IMG/VR virus record: IMGVR_UViG_3300006467_000454
Coordinates: 44,321 to 108,320 of that record
DNA from: a virus
Taxonomy: Duplodnaviria; Caudoviricetes
Direction: 5' to 3' (one strand)
Length of the DNA stretch: 64,000 nucleotides
A program made the translations under genes and the position numbers. Positions 39,612 through 48,240 of this stretch are shown piece after piece (positions within the stretch are counted from its first letter, which is position 1; each line of letters opens with the position of its first letter). Below the pieces are notes generated by a model, which was given only the letters and a program-made list of their open reading frames with translations, had not been told where the DNA came from and made no database searches.

Positions 39612-41591
39612 ATGGCTAATATAGAATTTAAACCGAATCATAATACGCCTGAACATATGGCGAAGGTATTGGAAGTCATCCAAGAAGGTACACCCGAAGC
39701 GGTCGGGATAAGGATCGGTCAGGTATATGTGGATAAAAGTTCCAGTGCATACAGCGGATTCATTGATTTAGTTAAGGACATAACTATTGAAACTCGCAAC
39801 AAGTTTCGTTCTGAAGAAACATACGAACACGTTTTGGTACATATTTATTCGTATGACCATATTGAAGATGCAGGGAAAACTCCAGAAAATTCTAAGCATT
39901 ATGCTAAAGAAAGTAAATCAAGCATCCATGATTTCTATTACTACCATATGAGGAATCATTTTAAATTTGAATCAGTAAAAGAAATGAAAGATTATTTTCA
40001 GGTAATTGATTCAGATTCATTTGATATCACTCAATATGAAGTGCATACGGTTCAGGAAAATGCCCTAGTACACATTGGGTCGGCAGACCATTTAAAAGCC
40101 ATGAAAGAGGGCATGGATACCAAAAAAGATGCACTAGATAAATTCATCGGGGCAATACAGGTTAAGGCAACACAACAAAGGCTTGTACTGGAAAAATTCA
40201 AAAGCCAATTAGAAGCCCGTATGGCTAAATTCCAAGATGAAATCAGGAGAGTTGAATCAGTCCTTTGGACAATTGAGCTTTACTTAGGTATTGAGGAAAC
40301 GGTTGTACAAATACAAGAGGGAACCCCTGCGTCGGCTGAGGAGCCATTACACTTATTCCAAACACCATCGTTTATGGATGAAGAAGTTGGTGATCCGTGG
40401 GATGGGGGATTAGATTTTAAAAACGTGAGGGATTTTGATGATTGGCTGGTACGCAAGAATCATAAGGGGGTGCGTAATTATGAAGAGATTCTTTACCCTC
40501 GTTCAGTAATGTTATTCCGAGTACGTAGGCATGAAAAAGATTACGGTGATATAAATCCTTATTTAAAATTAGAATTGGATACCAAAAATCAAAAGACTTA
40601 TATTTTGATTCGTAATGGTGATCAAATTTACCGTATTTGGGCAGATATCAATATTCGTAAGTTCTTCCCTGATCAAGATGAATTCCAAAAAATGAAGGAA
40701 GATCGTTGGTACAATAATGATCCTGAAAAAATGGAGAATAGGCTTAAAGATGCTTTCTTAAAGTACCAACGCCATATGATCCTCCTGCAAGGTTTAATTG
40801 ACCGTACTGAAGTATTTAGCCCTATGCCTAAAATAAGGCTACAAGATCTCCCAGAACAAGTAAAATACCTATACACAGGTCGCATGATGCTGCCTACTGA
40901 ACGTCCAATGTTTAAAGATTGGGTAAAATCTATCAATGAAAAATTAACTGACGGATGTAGAATCGTTTGGCCAAACTGGAGTGACATGGGTTATAGATCA
41001 AACGGAAGGCATTCTGATTTAAAAGAACAGGATAGATTCAGTGAACAATATTACACTTGGAGAGGTGAAAATTATAATCTCCCAGACCCACCACTTCCTG
41101 GATTATATCAAGTTGAAGGGCTTGATAGCAGTAAATGGGATTACCCTTTTATCAAAATCAGGAACAAGAAAAGTTGGGAACGTGAAGAAGATTGTAAGGG
41201 ACGTCGTAAAATCCAATATCGTATTCATTTTGAAGAAGATTGCTTGATAAATTATGATCTTTGTACATTGGACGACGTGGAGTATTACCTAAATTCACGT
41301 GCAGACCGACCTCAATATCTGTACATGATGCCATTGCTATTTGAAATTAGGAAGTACTTATTAAAAGATAAGGAACGTGAGGAGAAGTTTGGTGAAATGG
41401 TGAAGGGGGTATTCCTTAAGGAAGGTGTCACTGTTGAAGATTGGGTTATAATCAAAAATATTGATTGGTGGAAAACCAAAAACAAGTGGAAGCGTTCATT
41501 AGAAATTGATGATTCCAAGGCTTTCCGTATGATCGTAAAGAAAATTTGTAGTGAACTTAAAATTAATTCTAAATCTATTTTAAAATTCTAG
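39612..41591 (+). CDS. Large hypothetical protein with coiled coil
   Basis: 659 aa; ELYLG..E, LIRNGD.IY and LQGLIDR motifs; function not recognised. Confidence 0.6.
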   Translation: MANIEFKPNHNTPEHMAKVLEVIQEGTPEAVGIRIGQVYVDKSSSAYSGFIDLVKDITIETRNKFRSEETYEHVLVHIYSYDHIEDAGKTPENSKHYAKESKSSIHDFYYYHMRNHFKFESVKEMKDYFQVIDSDSFDITQYEVHTVQENALVHIGSADHLKAMKEGMDTKKDALDKFIGAIQVKATQQRLVLEKFKSQLEARMAKFQDEIRRVESVLWTIELYLGIEETVVQIQEGTPASAEEPLHLFQTPSFMDEEVGDPWDGGLDFKNVRDFDDWLVRKNHKGVRNYEEILYPRSVMLFRVRRHEKDYGDINPYLKLELDTKNQKTYILIRNGDQIYRIWADINIRKFFPDQDEFQKMKEDRWYNNDPEKMENRLKDAFLKYQRHMILLQGLIDRTEVFSPMPKIRLQDLPEQVKYLYTGRMMLPTERPMFKDWVKSINEKLTDGCRIVWPNWSDMGYRSNGRHSDLKEQDRFSEQYYTWRGENYNLPDPPLPGLYQVEGLDSSKWDYPFIKIRNKKSWEREEDCKGRRKIQYRIHFEEDCLINYDLCTLDDVEYYLNSRADRPQYLYMMPLLFEIRKYLLKDKEREEKFGEMVKGVFLKEGVTVEDWVIIKNIDWWKTKNKWKRSLEIDDSKAFRMIVKKICSELKINSKSILKF

Positions 41592-41593
41592 TT

Positions 41594-41860
41594 ATGGCAG
41601 CAGATTGTGAACAATGTGGGGCATTAGTCCACGCCAAAAATGGTAAAATGGTAATGCTCAAAGATGAGCTTTGGCTTTCAATAGCTAAGAAAGAAGAATT
41701 TATTTGTGATTGCTGTATTGAAAAACGTCTTGGGAGACCAATAACCGTTGAAGATTTCAAAGAACCCTCTGAGAAATACAAAAAGCATTATGGAATCAAT
41801 TTCATCCTAGTCAATTACCTATTCGCTATGGAGAAAGGGTTAAAATTCAATCCACTATGA
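41594..41860 (+). CDS. Small Zn-binding hypothetical protein
   Basis: CEQC and C.CC.EKRLGR..T..DF. Confidence 0.55.
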   Translation: MAADCEQCGALVHAKNGKMVMLKDELWLSIAKKEEFICDCCIEKRLGRPITVEDFKEPSEKYKKHYGINFILVNYLFAMEKGLKFNPL

Positions 41861-42189
41861 GCAAAGAATCCGAAGTAAAAGTGATGGGGCTTAACAGTAT
41901 GCACAAGAATACTACCCTCAAATTCAATGCAAACGGCATGGAAATAGCGGTGAGCCTAAATATTGAACCAAGTATGAAGCCATATTTATCACCAAATAAC
42001 GTTTTCAAGGGGGATAAGCACTTAGTTTATTCCCTCCGGAAACATATTCCATCAAGATATATTTGTGCTAATACCATCAATATGTGGCAGGAAACGCTGT
42101 TAAATAGGTGTATGATCCTATGCCGTGAAGCTAAAATAAAAGTAAAACAATCTGAAATCAAAAAACTAAAAAGCAATGAACAAAATTAG
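41857..42189 (+). CDS. Hypothetical protein
   Basis: Overlaps neighbours. Confidence 0.45.
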   Translation: MSKESEVKVMGLNSMHKNTTLKFNANGMEIAVSLNIEPSMKPYLSPNNVFKGDKHLVYSLRKHIPSRYICANTINMWQETLLNRCMILCREAKIKVKQSEIKKLKSNEQN

Positions 42190-42544
42190 AAGGTTTTTAA
42201 TCGGTTGGCTATTTAAGCCTGAAATGGAACAAATTGAAAACACCCTCAAAAAAATTGATGAGACTGCAGCTAAAATAGTTGAGTTGAAACATGAACATGA
42301 GGAATCCCTTAAATTATCCAAGAATCTATTTGAAAATATAGGGGTTGGGGTTGATGTTCACCAATATTCTCCAAGTTGGGCAGTGGTATGTATTCAAGGT
42401 AAGGGAACAGATTTTGTGAAATTTTGCCACCTTAGTCAACGGGATGCACATTCTATCAGGCAATTCATTTCACAATTTGACAGAACCCGAACCAATGTTG
42501 ACTTACCTATGGGTACAAGAAAGAGTCAATTTTTATCATTTTAA
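42176..42544 (+). CDS. Hypothetical protein
   Basis: Overlaps upstream gene. Confidence 0.5.
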   Translation: MNKIRRFLIGWLFKPEMEQIENTLKKIDETAAKIVELKHEHEESLKLSKNLFENIGVGVDVHQYSPSWAVVCIQGKGTDFVKFCHLSQRDAHSIRQFISQFDRTRTNVDLPMGTRKSQFLSF

Positions 42545-42562
42545 AAATAAATCTAATTTTAT

Positions 42563-42593
42563 TTTGTTTTTAAAATAATTTGACATACATTTG
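42563..42593 (+). promoter_or_regulatory. Bacteroidota-type promoter
   Basis: TTTG-N19-TACATTTG. Confidence 0.7.
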
Positions 42594-42641
42594 AATTATC
42601 AAATTAAAATTAAATCTATTTTTAAATAAAAAATCGAAATC

Positions 42642-43469
42642 ATGTTACAAGAACTTACATTTGAAGCAATTGAAGCCCCTATCTTTTATGACGTAAACGG
42701 GCAGAAAATTCAATCTCCAGAACATAAGGCGATTGTAAGAAGTGACGATAACTCGGCTTTATCTATTATGAAGAAAAGTTATCACCCTATGTTCAACAAG
42801 GATTTTATGAAATCTGTTGAACAAATGATGGCTATCAGTAATTTTGATTTCACTGGTTATAGTGAAATTAACGGTGGAAGAATAGTTATCGCTCACCTTA
42901 AAAATAACAAGGAGAATTTAGCTATTAACGGTCATGAAATCAAGGATTACTTGGTTATGGGTAATAGTTTTGATGGGAGTTCACCTTTCTTTATTGGTAC
43001 AACTACTGAATTATTGCGTTGCAAAAATCAATTCAGCCGTATCAATAGAATGGAAAGAGTTCGCCATACTAAATCATCTCCAAAGCGTAGAGATGAATTG
43101 TTCCGTGCCCTTGAAGTTTACTTCAAACAACGTGACCAAATGTATCAGAATTTCAATCAGCTTACTAAGGTTCAAGTTGATGAGGCTACTCGTAAATTGG
43201 CAGCGGATTATATTATGGGTATCAAGGAAGAAGATCGCCTTGCTGGATTAAGTACTCGTAAAGAAAATCAAGTGATTTTACTTGACAATCGCATGATTCA
43301 AGAAATGAACGATGTTGGGCAAACTGCTTGGGGATTACTTCAAGGTTCAACTTACTATACTACTCACGATATGAGTGAGAAATCAAGGGAAAGATCTGGT
43401 TTTGGTAGCCTATTTGGCAAACCTGCTGAAATCAACCAAAAAGCCCTTTCATTCTGCAATAATCTATAA
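42642..43469 (+). CDS. DUF932/DUF945-family phage/plasmid protein
   Basis: AIVRSD...L......Y.P..N, NSFDGS, R.C.NQ, RHT, TAWGL.QG.TYY.TH. Confidence 0.75.
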   Translation: MLQELTFEAIEAPIFYDVNGQKIQSPEHKAIVRSDDNSALSIMKKSYHPMFNKDFMKSVEQMMAISNFDFTGYSEINGGRIVIAHLKNNKENLAINGHEIKDYLVMGNSFDGSSPFFIGTTTELLRCKNQFSRINRMERVRHTKSSPKRRDELFRALEVYFKQRDQMYQNFNQLTKVQVDEATRKLAADYIMGIKEEDRLAGLSTRKENQVILLDNRMIQEMNDVGQTAWGLLQGSTYYTTHDMSEKSRERSGFGSLFGKPAEINQKALSFCNNL

Positions 43470-43471
43470 TT

Positions 43472-43675
43472 ATGGGAGAGGCTTTTCCTAAGTTAAACAG
43501 CAAAAGGGTTGAAGCTAATAAGCAAGTAAATGAAATTAAGGCAGAAATTTACAAAGCCGTTGACAGTAAATTCAAAGATCTGGATTACCATAATTTCAAC
43601 AAAGCCCTTATAGAAATTTTATCTGAAAATCAAACGAGAGTTTTAGACCACTATCACGGCAAATTAATCGATTGA
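43472..43675 (+). CDS. Hypothetical protein
   Basis: Short ORF followed by a GC hairpin at about 43685-43718. Confidence 0.45.
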   Translation: MGEAFPKLNSKRVEANKQVNEIKAEIYKAVDSKFKDLDYHNFNKALIEILSENQTRVLDHYHGKLID

Positions 43676-43734
43676 TATACAATACCCCCACTTTAAGCGT
43701 AAACGTTTCAGGTGGGGGATTAAATGTCTAAAAT

Positions 43735-44040
43735 ATGGGAAATAGGAATTTTAAACAACATAAAAAGAATGGGTACACCGTTGTGGATAACTCCATAATG
43801 ATGAACAAGAATATTTCTTTGAGGGCTAAAGGGTTGCTTATCGTAATGTTGAGCCTCCCACCTGATTGGAATTTTACTGAAACAGGATTAGTTTCAATAG
43901 GGATTGAAGGTCGGGATGCAATCAGGAGCACATTACAGGAGCTTGAAAAACACAAATACTTGAAGCGTACAAGGGAACGTGGTGATAATGGTAGGTTGAA
44001 AAAGATCTTCTATGATATCTATGAAGAGCCGTATGAATAA
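43735..44040 (+). CDS. Winged-HTH protein resembling the N-terminus of phage/plasmid replication initiators (possibly truncated)
   Basis: YTVVDN....KNISLRAKGLL..MLSLP.DW.F...GL.....EG.DAIRS.L.ELE...YL.R.R.R...G......Y.IYE.P. Confidence 0.7.
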   Translation: MGNRNFKQHKKNGYTVVDNSIMMNKNISLRAKGLLIVMLSLPPDWNFTETGLVSIGIEGRDAIRSTLQELEKHKYLKRTRERGDNGRLKKIFYDIYEEPYE

Positions 44041-44140
44041 TTCACCTAACGACGGGTTGCCCAACTTAGGTGAAAGCTATATAGGCAAAACCCCTACAAT
44101 AAAGTACTATATGTATAAAGTACTAATATTATAAAGTACT
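44041..44140. repeat. Inverted repeat plus three 16-bp-period direct repeats
   Basis: TTCACCTAA 44041-44049 / TTAGGTGAA 44066-44074; ATAAAGTACT at 44099, 44115 and 44131. Confidence 0.75.
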
Positions 44141-44254
44141 CTCCTTTTATTCATGATATTCATAAAAGGAGGAAAAAATCAGTTGATAATTTCGTGAATC
44201 TGACGATTCCCTCAAGATGTGAAGCTGCGCTTCCCCCTCTTTTATTTTTAAGTT

Positions 44255-45889
44255 ATGAAGAGAACCTTTTACATAGATCAAAATTTCATTCACTTTAAAT
44301 TTGAATACAACCCTGATATTAAGGAGTTGATCAAAAAGATTGAAGGTGCACATTGGAATCCTGAATTAAAGGAGTGGTATCTTGAGAGAACCCTACATAA
44401 CAGGCCTGATATTTCTAAAATCGTAAAGAAATACGAATTTCAGAATATCTCAGCGAAGAGGAAAAAGAAAAACGGCAAAAACGCTAAATTGCCCGTTCAG
44501 AAAATTAAAGTCCCCAAATCCTTTAAAAAGTCCCTTAAAAAGCTACCATTAAAATTGACCCCTCGTAAATACCAAGTCAAGGGGATTTATTACATGGTAG
44601 AGAATGAAAAGGTTATTAATGGGGACGATGTAGGTTTAGGGAAAACAGGGCAGAGTATTTGCTCAATAGAATTTAATAAATCATTCCCTTGTTTAGTCGT
44701 TCCACCTGCTTCCCTAAAATTCCAATGGGAAGATGAGTGGAATAAATGGATTGATGGAAGGGATATCTCTGTTATTGACGGAAGGGATAAGAATTTTGAT
44801 GCCGAAGTAATCATCATTAATTTCGATTTATTAAATAAATTTAAGAAAGAACTCCTTAGCCTAGATTTAAAGGGTTTAATTGTGGATGAGAGCCACTTTT
44901 GTAAAAACCCTAAAAGTTTACGCTCAAAAGTTCTGAAAGAAGTTGGGAAGGGCATTAGGTTTAAGTTCCTACTTACGGGAACTCTGATTAAAAATAGACC
45001 TTTGGAAATTGTGTCACAAATTGGAATTCTTGGAATATTCGAGGAATTGTTTGGGAATTTTAATAAATTTGTATATCGATTTTGTAATGCAAGGAGAACA
45101 AAGTATGGGCTTGATACTAAGGGTGCTAGCAAAACTTTAGAGTTGAACCAAATACTCAGAGAATATTGTTACATACGTAGGGAGAAGGGGGAAGTTAAAA
45201 AAGAATTGCCTCCTCATCAAGAAATTCCATTAAAAGTTAAGATTACAAATAAAACAATTTATAAGAAAGCCGAATCAGATTTGATTGGGTATATTCGTGA
45301 AAATATTGGGGAGATTGAAGCAGAGAATGCTCAGCGTGCTGAGGCTATTGTGAAAATCAATCTATTAAGGCAGTTAACAAGTAAGGGTAAAATCAAGACC
45401 GTTTTTGAAATGGTCGATAACTGGATAGAAGAAACTGATTATAAAATCTGTATCTTCGGTACGTATGTTGACACTTTAGAGGAAATTTCAGATTATTATA
45501 AATCCCCTTTAATTTACGGGGGTACAAGCCCAAAGAAAAAGAGGCAAATTGTTAAGGATTTCCAAGATAGTGAAGACAGGGTAATAGTAGGGAATATTGA
45601 GAGTATGGGGACTGGAACCGATGGTTTGCAGTATTGCTCATCTATCCTGCTGATAATTGATTTACCTGATTGCCCTACTGATATTGATCAGGTGATAGGT
45701 AGATTAGTGAGGGAAGGGCAGCTTGATTTTGTTAAAGCCTATATGTTGATAAGTCCAAAGACTATCGATGCTAGGATTTGGAAGGTGTTACAAGAAAAGA
45801 AAAAGATTACTGATGCAGTAAATAAGGGGATTGAGATTAATTCATTTGATAAGTCATTTTATGGCGAATTAATAAAAAGCTATACATGA
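44255..45889 (+). CDS. SNF2-family (HARP/SMARCAL1-like) helicase
   Basis: DDVGLGKT, VDESH, LTGT...NRP, IRR.K..V..ELP, Q..GRL.R.GQ. Confidence 0.88.
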   Translation: MKRTFYIDQNFIHFKFEYNPDIKELIKKIEGAHWNPELKEWYLERTLHNRPDISKIVKKYEFQNISAKRKKKNGKNAKLPVQKIKVPKSFKKSLKKLPLKLTPRKYQVKGIYYMVENEKVINGDDVGLGKTGQSICSIEFNKSFPCLVVPPASLKFQWEDEWNKWIDGRDISVIDGRDKNFDAEVIIINFDLLNKFKKELLSLDLKGLIVDESHFCKNPKSLRSKVLKEVGKGIRFKFLLTGTLIKNRPLEIVSQIGILGIFEELFGNFNKFVYRFCNARRTKYGLDTKGASKTLELNQILREYCYIRREKGEVKKELPPHQEIPLKVKITNKTIYKKAESDLIGYIRENIGEIEAENAQRAEAIVKINLLRQLTSKGKIKTVFEMVDNWIEETDYKICIFGTYVDTLEEISDYYKSPLIYGGTSPKKKRQIVKDFQDSEDRVIVGNIESMGTGTDGLQYCSSILLIIDLPDCPTDIDQVIGRLVREGQLDFVKAYMLISPKTIDARIWKVLQEKKKITDAVNKGIEINSFDKSFYGELIKSYT

Positions 45890-46368
45890 AAAAATATGTG
45901 ATTTTTACAGATGGGAGTTGTAACGCTAAAACTAAACAGGGTGGGAGTGGGGTTTTCATAGCGAAGCCAAAAGAAAAAAGAATTGGTATTGGGTATTGCC
46001 CGACAAGGACAGGGAGGACAGAAGTCAACGCCCTTTTGTTAGCTTTGAAGGAAATCCCCAAGGATAAGAAAACCAATGTCCTCATCTATTCTGATAGCCA
46101 ATACGTGGTGAAATCAATCATGGAGAATTGGGTTTACAATTGGGAAAAGATGGGGTGGATTGACCGTAAAAATGTAGACCTTTGGAAGAAGATTCTTAAG
46201 AGAATCAGAAATCGACCAAAAATGAAATTAAAATTAATCCATATCAAAGGGCACCAAAAGGATCTTTCAAATGAATTGATTGCTGGAAATAATGAGGCTG
46301 ACAAGTTAGCTTCATACAAAAATTTTAAAGAATTCGTAAAAACTGACCCAAGTACTTGGGATAAATAA
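45886..46368 (+). CDS. rnhA: Ribonuclease HI
   Basis: FTDGSC, R.E..A, SDSQYV, KNVDLW, HIKGH, GNNEADKLA. Confidence 0.92.
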   Translation: MKKYVIFTDGSCNAKTKQGGSGVFIAKPKEKRIGIGYCPTRTGRTEVNALLLALKEIPKDKKTNVLIYSDSQYVVKSIMENWVYNWEKMGWIDRKNVDLWKKILKRIRNRPKMKLKLIHIKGHQKDLSNELIAGNNEADKLASYKNFKEFVKTDPSTWDK

Positions 46369-46374
46369 ATCGAA

Positions 46375-47907
46375 ATGGCGCACAAACTATCTAAGTTTCA
46401 GAAAAAGATTATAAAAGTTTACAAGAAATTTAATTGTAACATCTTCATAAAGGCAGGTCCTGGGAGTGGTAAGACATTTATCATTACTCAATTGGTAAAG
46501 ATGACTCCTAGGTATAAAAAAGGCTTAATCACTGCATTCAATAAAGCCATTCAAGAGGATTTGAGCAAGAAAATAGTTCTCCCTAATATGAAAGTCTCAA
46601 CTTTGCATAGTCTAGGGCTCAGCATCCTGAGGTACAACAAACCAGATAAATACAAAATAACATCTTCAAAAATATGGATTCTATGTAAAATGAATCTAAA
46701 TTTACTTGTATTCAAAGATGAAGGGGAAAGGAATGCCCATTTAATCATTGTTTGCAAGTTGGTTGATTTATTTAGAATGAACTTAGGGTCTACCAAAGAG
46801 GATTTGGTTAATCTATCCGACCAGTATAACGTTATGGCATCTTCTGCCCAAATAAACGATGCGATGTACATTGTGGAGAAAATGGGGGAATACAATGAGG
46901 GGATGCATGAGGAATTTATGATTGACTTTGTAGATATGATTTATTTACCAGTCACAATGATCCGGAAAAGGCTTTTCCCTAAGTACGATGTTGTATTTAT
47001 TGATGAGGTTCAGGACTTGAACCCGTTACAGAAAAGGCTGGTGGATAACTGTATAAAACCTAAAGGGAGATTTATTGCAGTTGGTGATGAGAAGCAAGCC
47101 ATCTATTCATTTATGGGGAGTAACTTAGATTCGTTCAATGAATTTTCTGAGCGTGAGGATACTAAGATATTACCACTTTCAATCAGTTACCGTTGTTCAA
47201 AGAAAATAGTCGATGAGGCTAACAAAGTATTTCCTGGATTAAAGGCTCATGAAGAAGCACCTGATGGGGTAGTTAGGAATGGGGATTTAAGCGAAGCTCA
47301 GGATGGGGATTTCATTATTTGTAGGAATAATCTGCCATTGGTATCCGCATTCATTCAGCTCCTCAAACAGAACAAGAAATGTTATATCATGGGGAAAGAT
47401 TATGGCACAGGATTAGTGCTTGTTTTGAATAAGATCAAGAAGCACCCTACATTCGGTGTTGGGAGGAAAGCTGTACTTGATGAAGTAAAGGAAAAATTGA
47501 AGGAAAAAGGGGTCACAAACCCCCGAAGCCACCCTTCTTACCAAAAAGTCTTTGAACGTACAGAAATTTTAGCTATATTAATGACTGAGTTCCTGAGTAT
47601 CAATAAAGTAGAAGAAATAATAGAGGAATTATTCAGTGATGGTGAAGATGGTGGAATCCGTTTAAGTACTATACATAAGTCTAAAGGGTTAGAAGCCGAT
47701 AAAATATTCTTTTTGAATAGGGAGCTTATTCCTAGTGAATATGCTGTAACGGAATTAGAATTGTATCAAGAAAAGTGTTTGAAATTTGTCGCTGTGACTA
47801 GGGCGATAAGTGAACTCATTTATTGTAAAATAAAAGTACCGAAAAAGCCTAATAAAAGGGCTAAGAGAATTGAAACTAGGAGGAATCCAAATTTAAACAA
47901 TTTGTAA
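46375..47907 (+). CDS. UvrD/Rep-like superfamily 1 helicase
   Basis: AGPGSGKT, STLHS, IDEVQD, VGD.KQAIY.F, SYRC, STIHKSKGLE, VAVTRA. Confidence 0.9.
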   Translation: MAHKLSKFQKKIIKVYKKFNCNIFIKAGPGSGKTFIITQLVKMTPRYKKGLITAFNKAIQEDLSKKIVLPNMKVSTLHSLGLSILRYNKPDKYKITSSKIWILCKMNLNLLVFKDEGERNAHLIIVCKLVDLFRMNLGSTKEDLVNLSDQYNVMASSAQINDAMYIVEKMGEYNEGMHEEFMIDFVDMIYLPVTMIRKRLFPKYDVVFIDEVQDLNPLQKRLVDNCIKPKGRFIAVGDEKQAIYSFMGSNLDSFNEFSEREDTKILPLSISYRCSKKIVDEANKVFPGLKAHEEAPDGVVRNGDLSEAQDGDFIICRNNLPLVSAFIQLLKQNKKCYIMGKDYGTGLVLVLNKIKKHPTFGVGRKAVLDEVKEKLKEKGVTNPRSHPSYQKVFERTEILAILMTEFLSINKVEEIIEELFSDGEDGGIRLSTIHKSKGLEADKIFFLNRELIPSEYAVTELELYQEKCLKFVAVTRAISELIYCKIKVPKKPNKRAKRIETRRNPNLNNL

Positions 47908-47908
47908 A

Positions 47909-48238
47909 ATGAAAAAATTGAAAAACACAAAATTGTATGTGCCCTTGGGAATGCCTATGGGTGGAACTACCATGGTAAGGGTAGATAATATGGAAGAAGT
48001 CTCATCTAAATTACCCAGCGCAGAACAAATGAGGATGCATATGCTTAGCCAAGCATTGGCAATAAAGACTAACGGTTATGCAAAGCCGTATGTTGTTTTG
48101 GTTGAAAAGGAAGTGATGAAGGAGATTTTCCGGAAAATAGCAAGGAAGGTCGGGGGGAAGCCCTTTGACTTTAAGTTGCTGAATATTGTTTTGGACAGCC
48201 AAAGTGCTGCTGTCTTTCAATTTAAAATAAAAGAATAA
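47909..48238 (+). CDS. Hypothetical protein
   Basis: Tight packing with neighbours. Confidence 0.5.
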   Translation: MKKLKNTKLYVPLGMPMGGTTMVRVDNMEEVSSKLPSAEQMRMHMLSQALAIKTNGYAKPYVVLVEKEVMKEIFRKIARKVGGKPFDFKLLNIVLDSQSAAVFQFKIKE

Positions 48239-48240
48239 CT

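Noticed and set aside
44099-44140. CRISPR array
   Set aside because: 10-bp repeats with 6-bp spacers are far too short; no cas genes; the promoter modules are separated by whole genes
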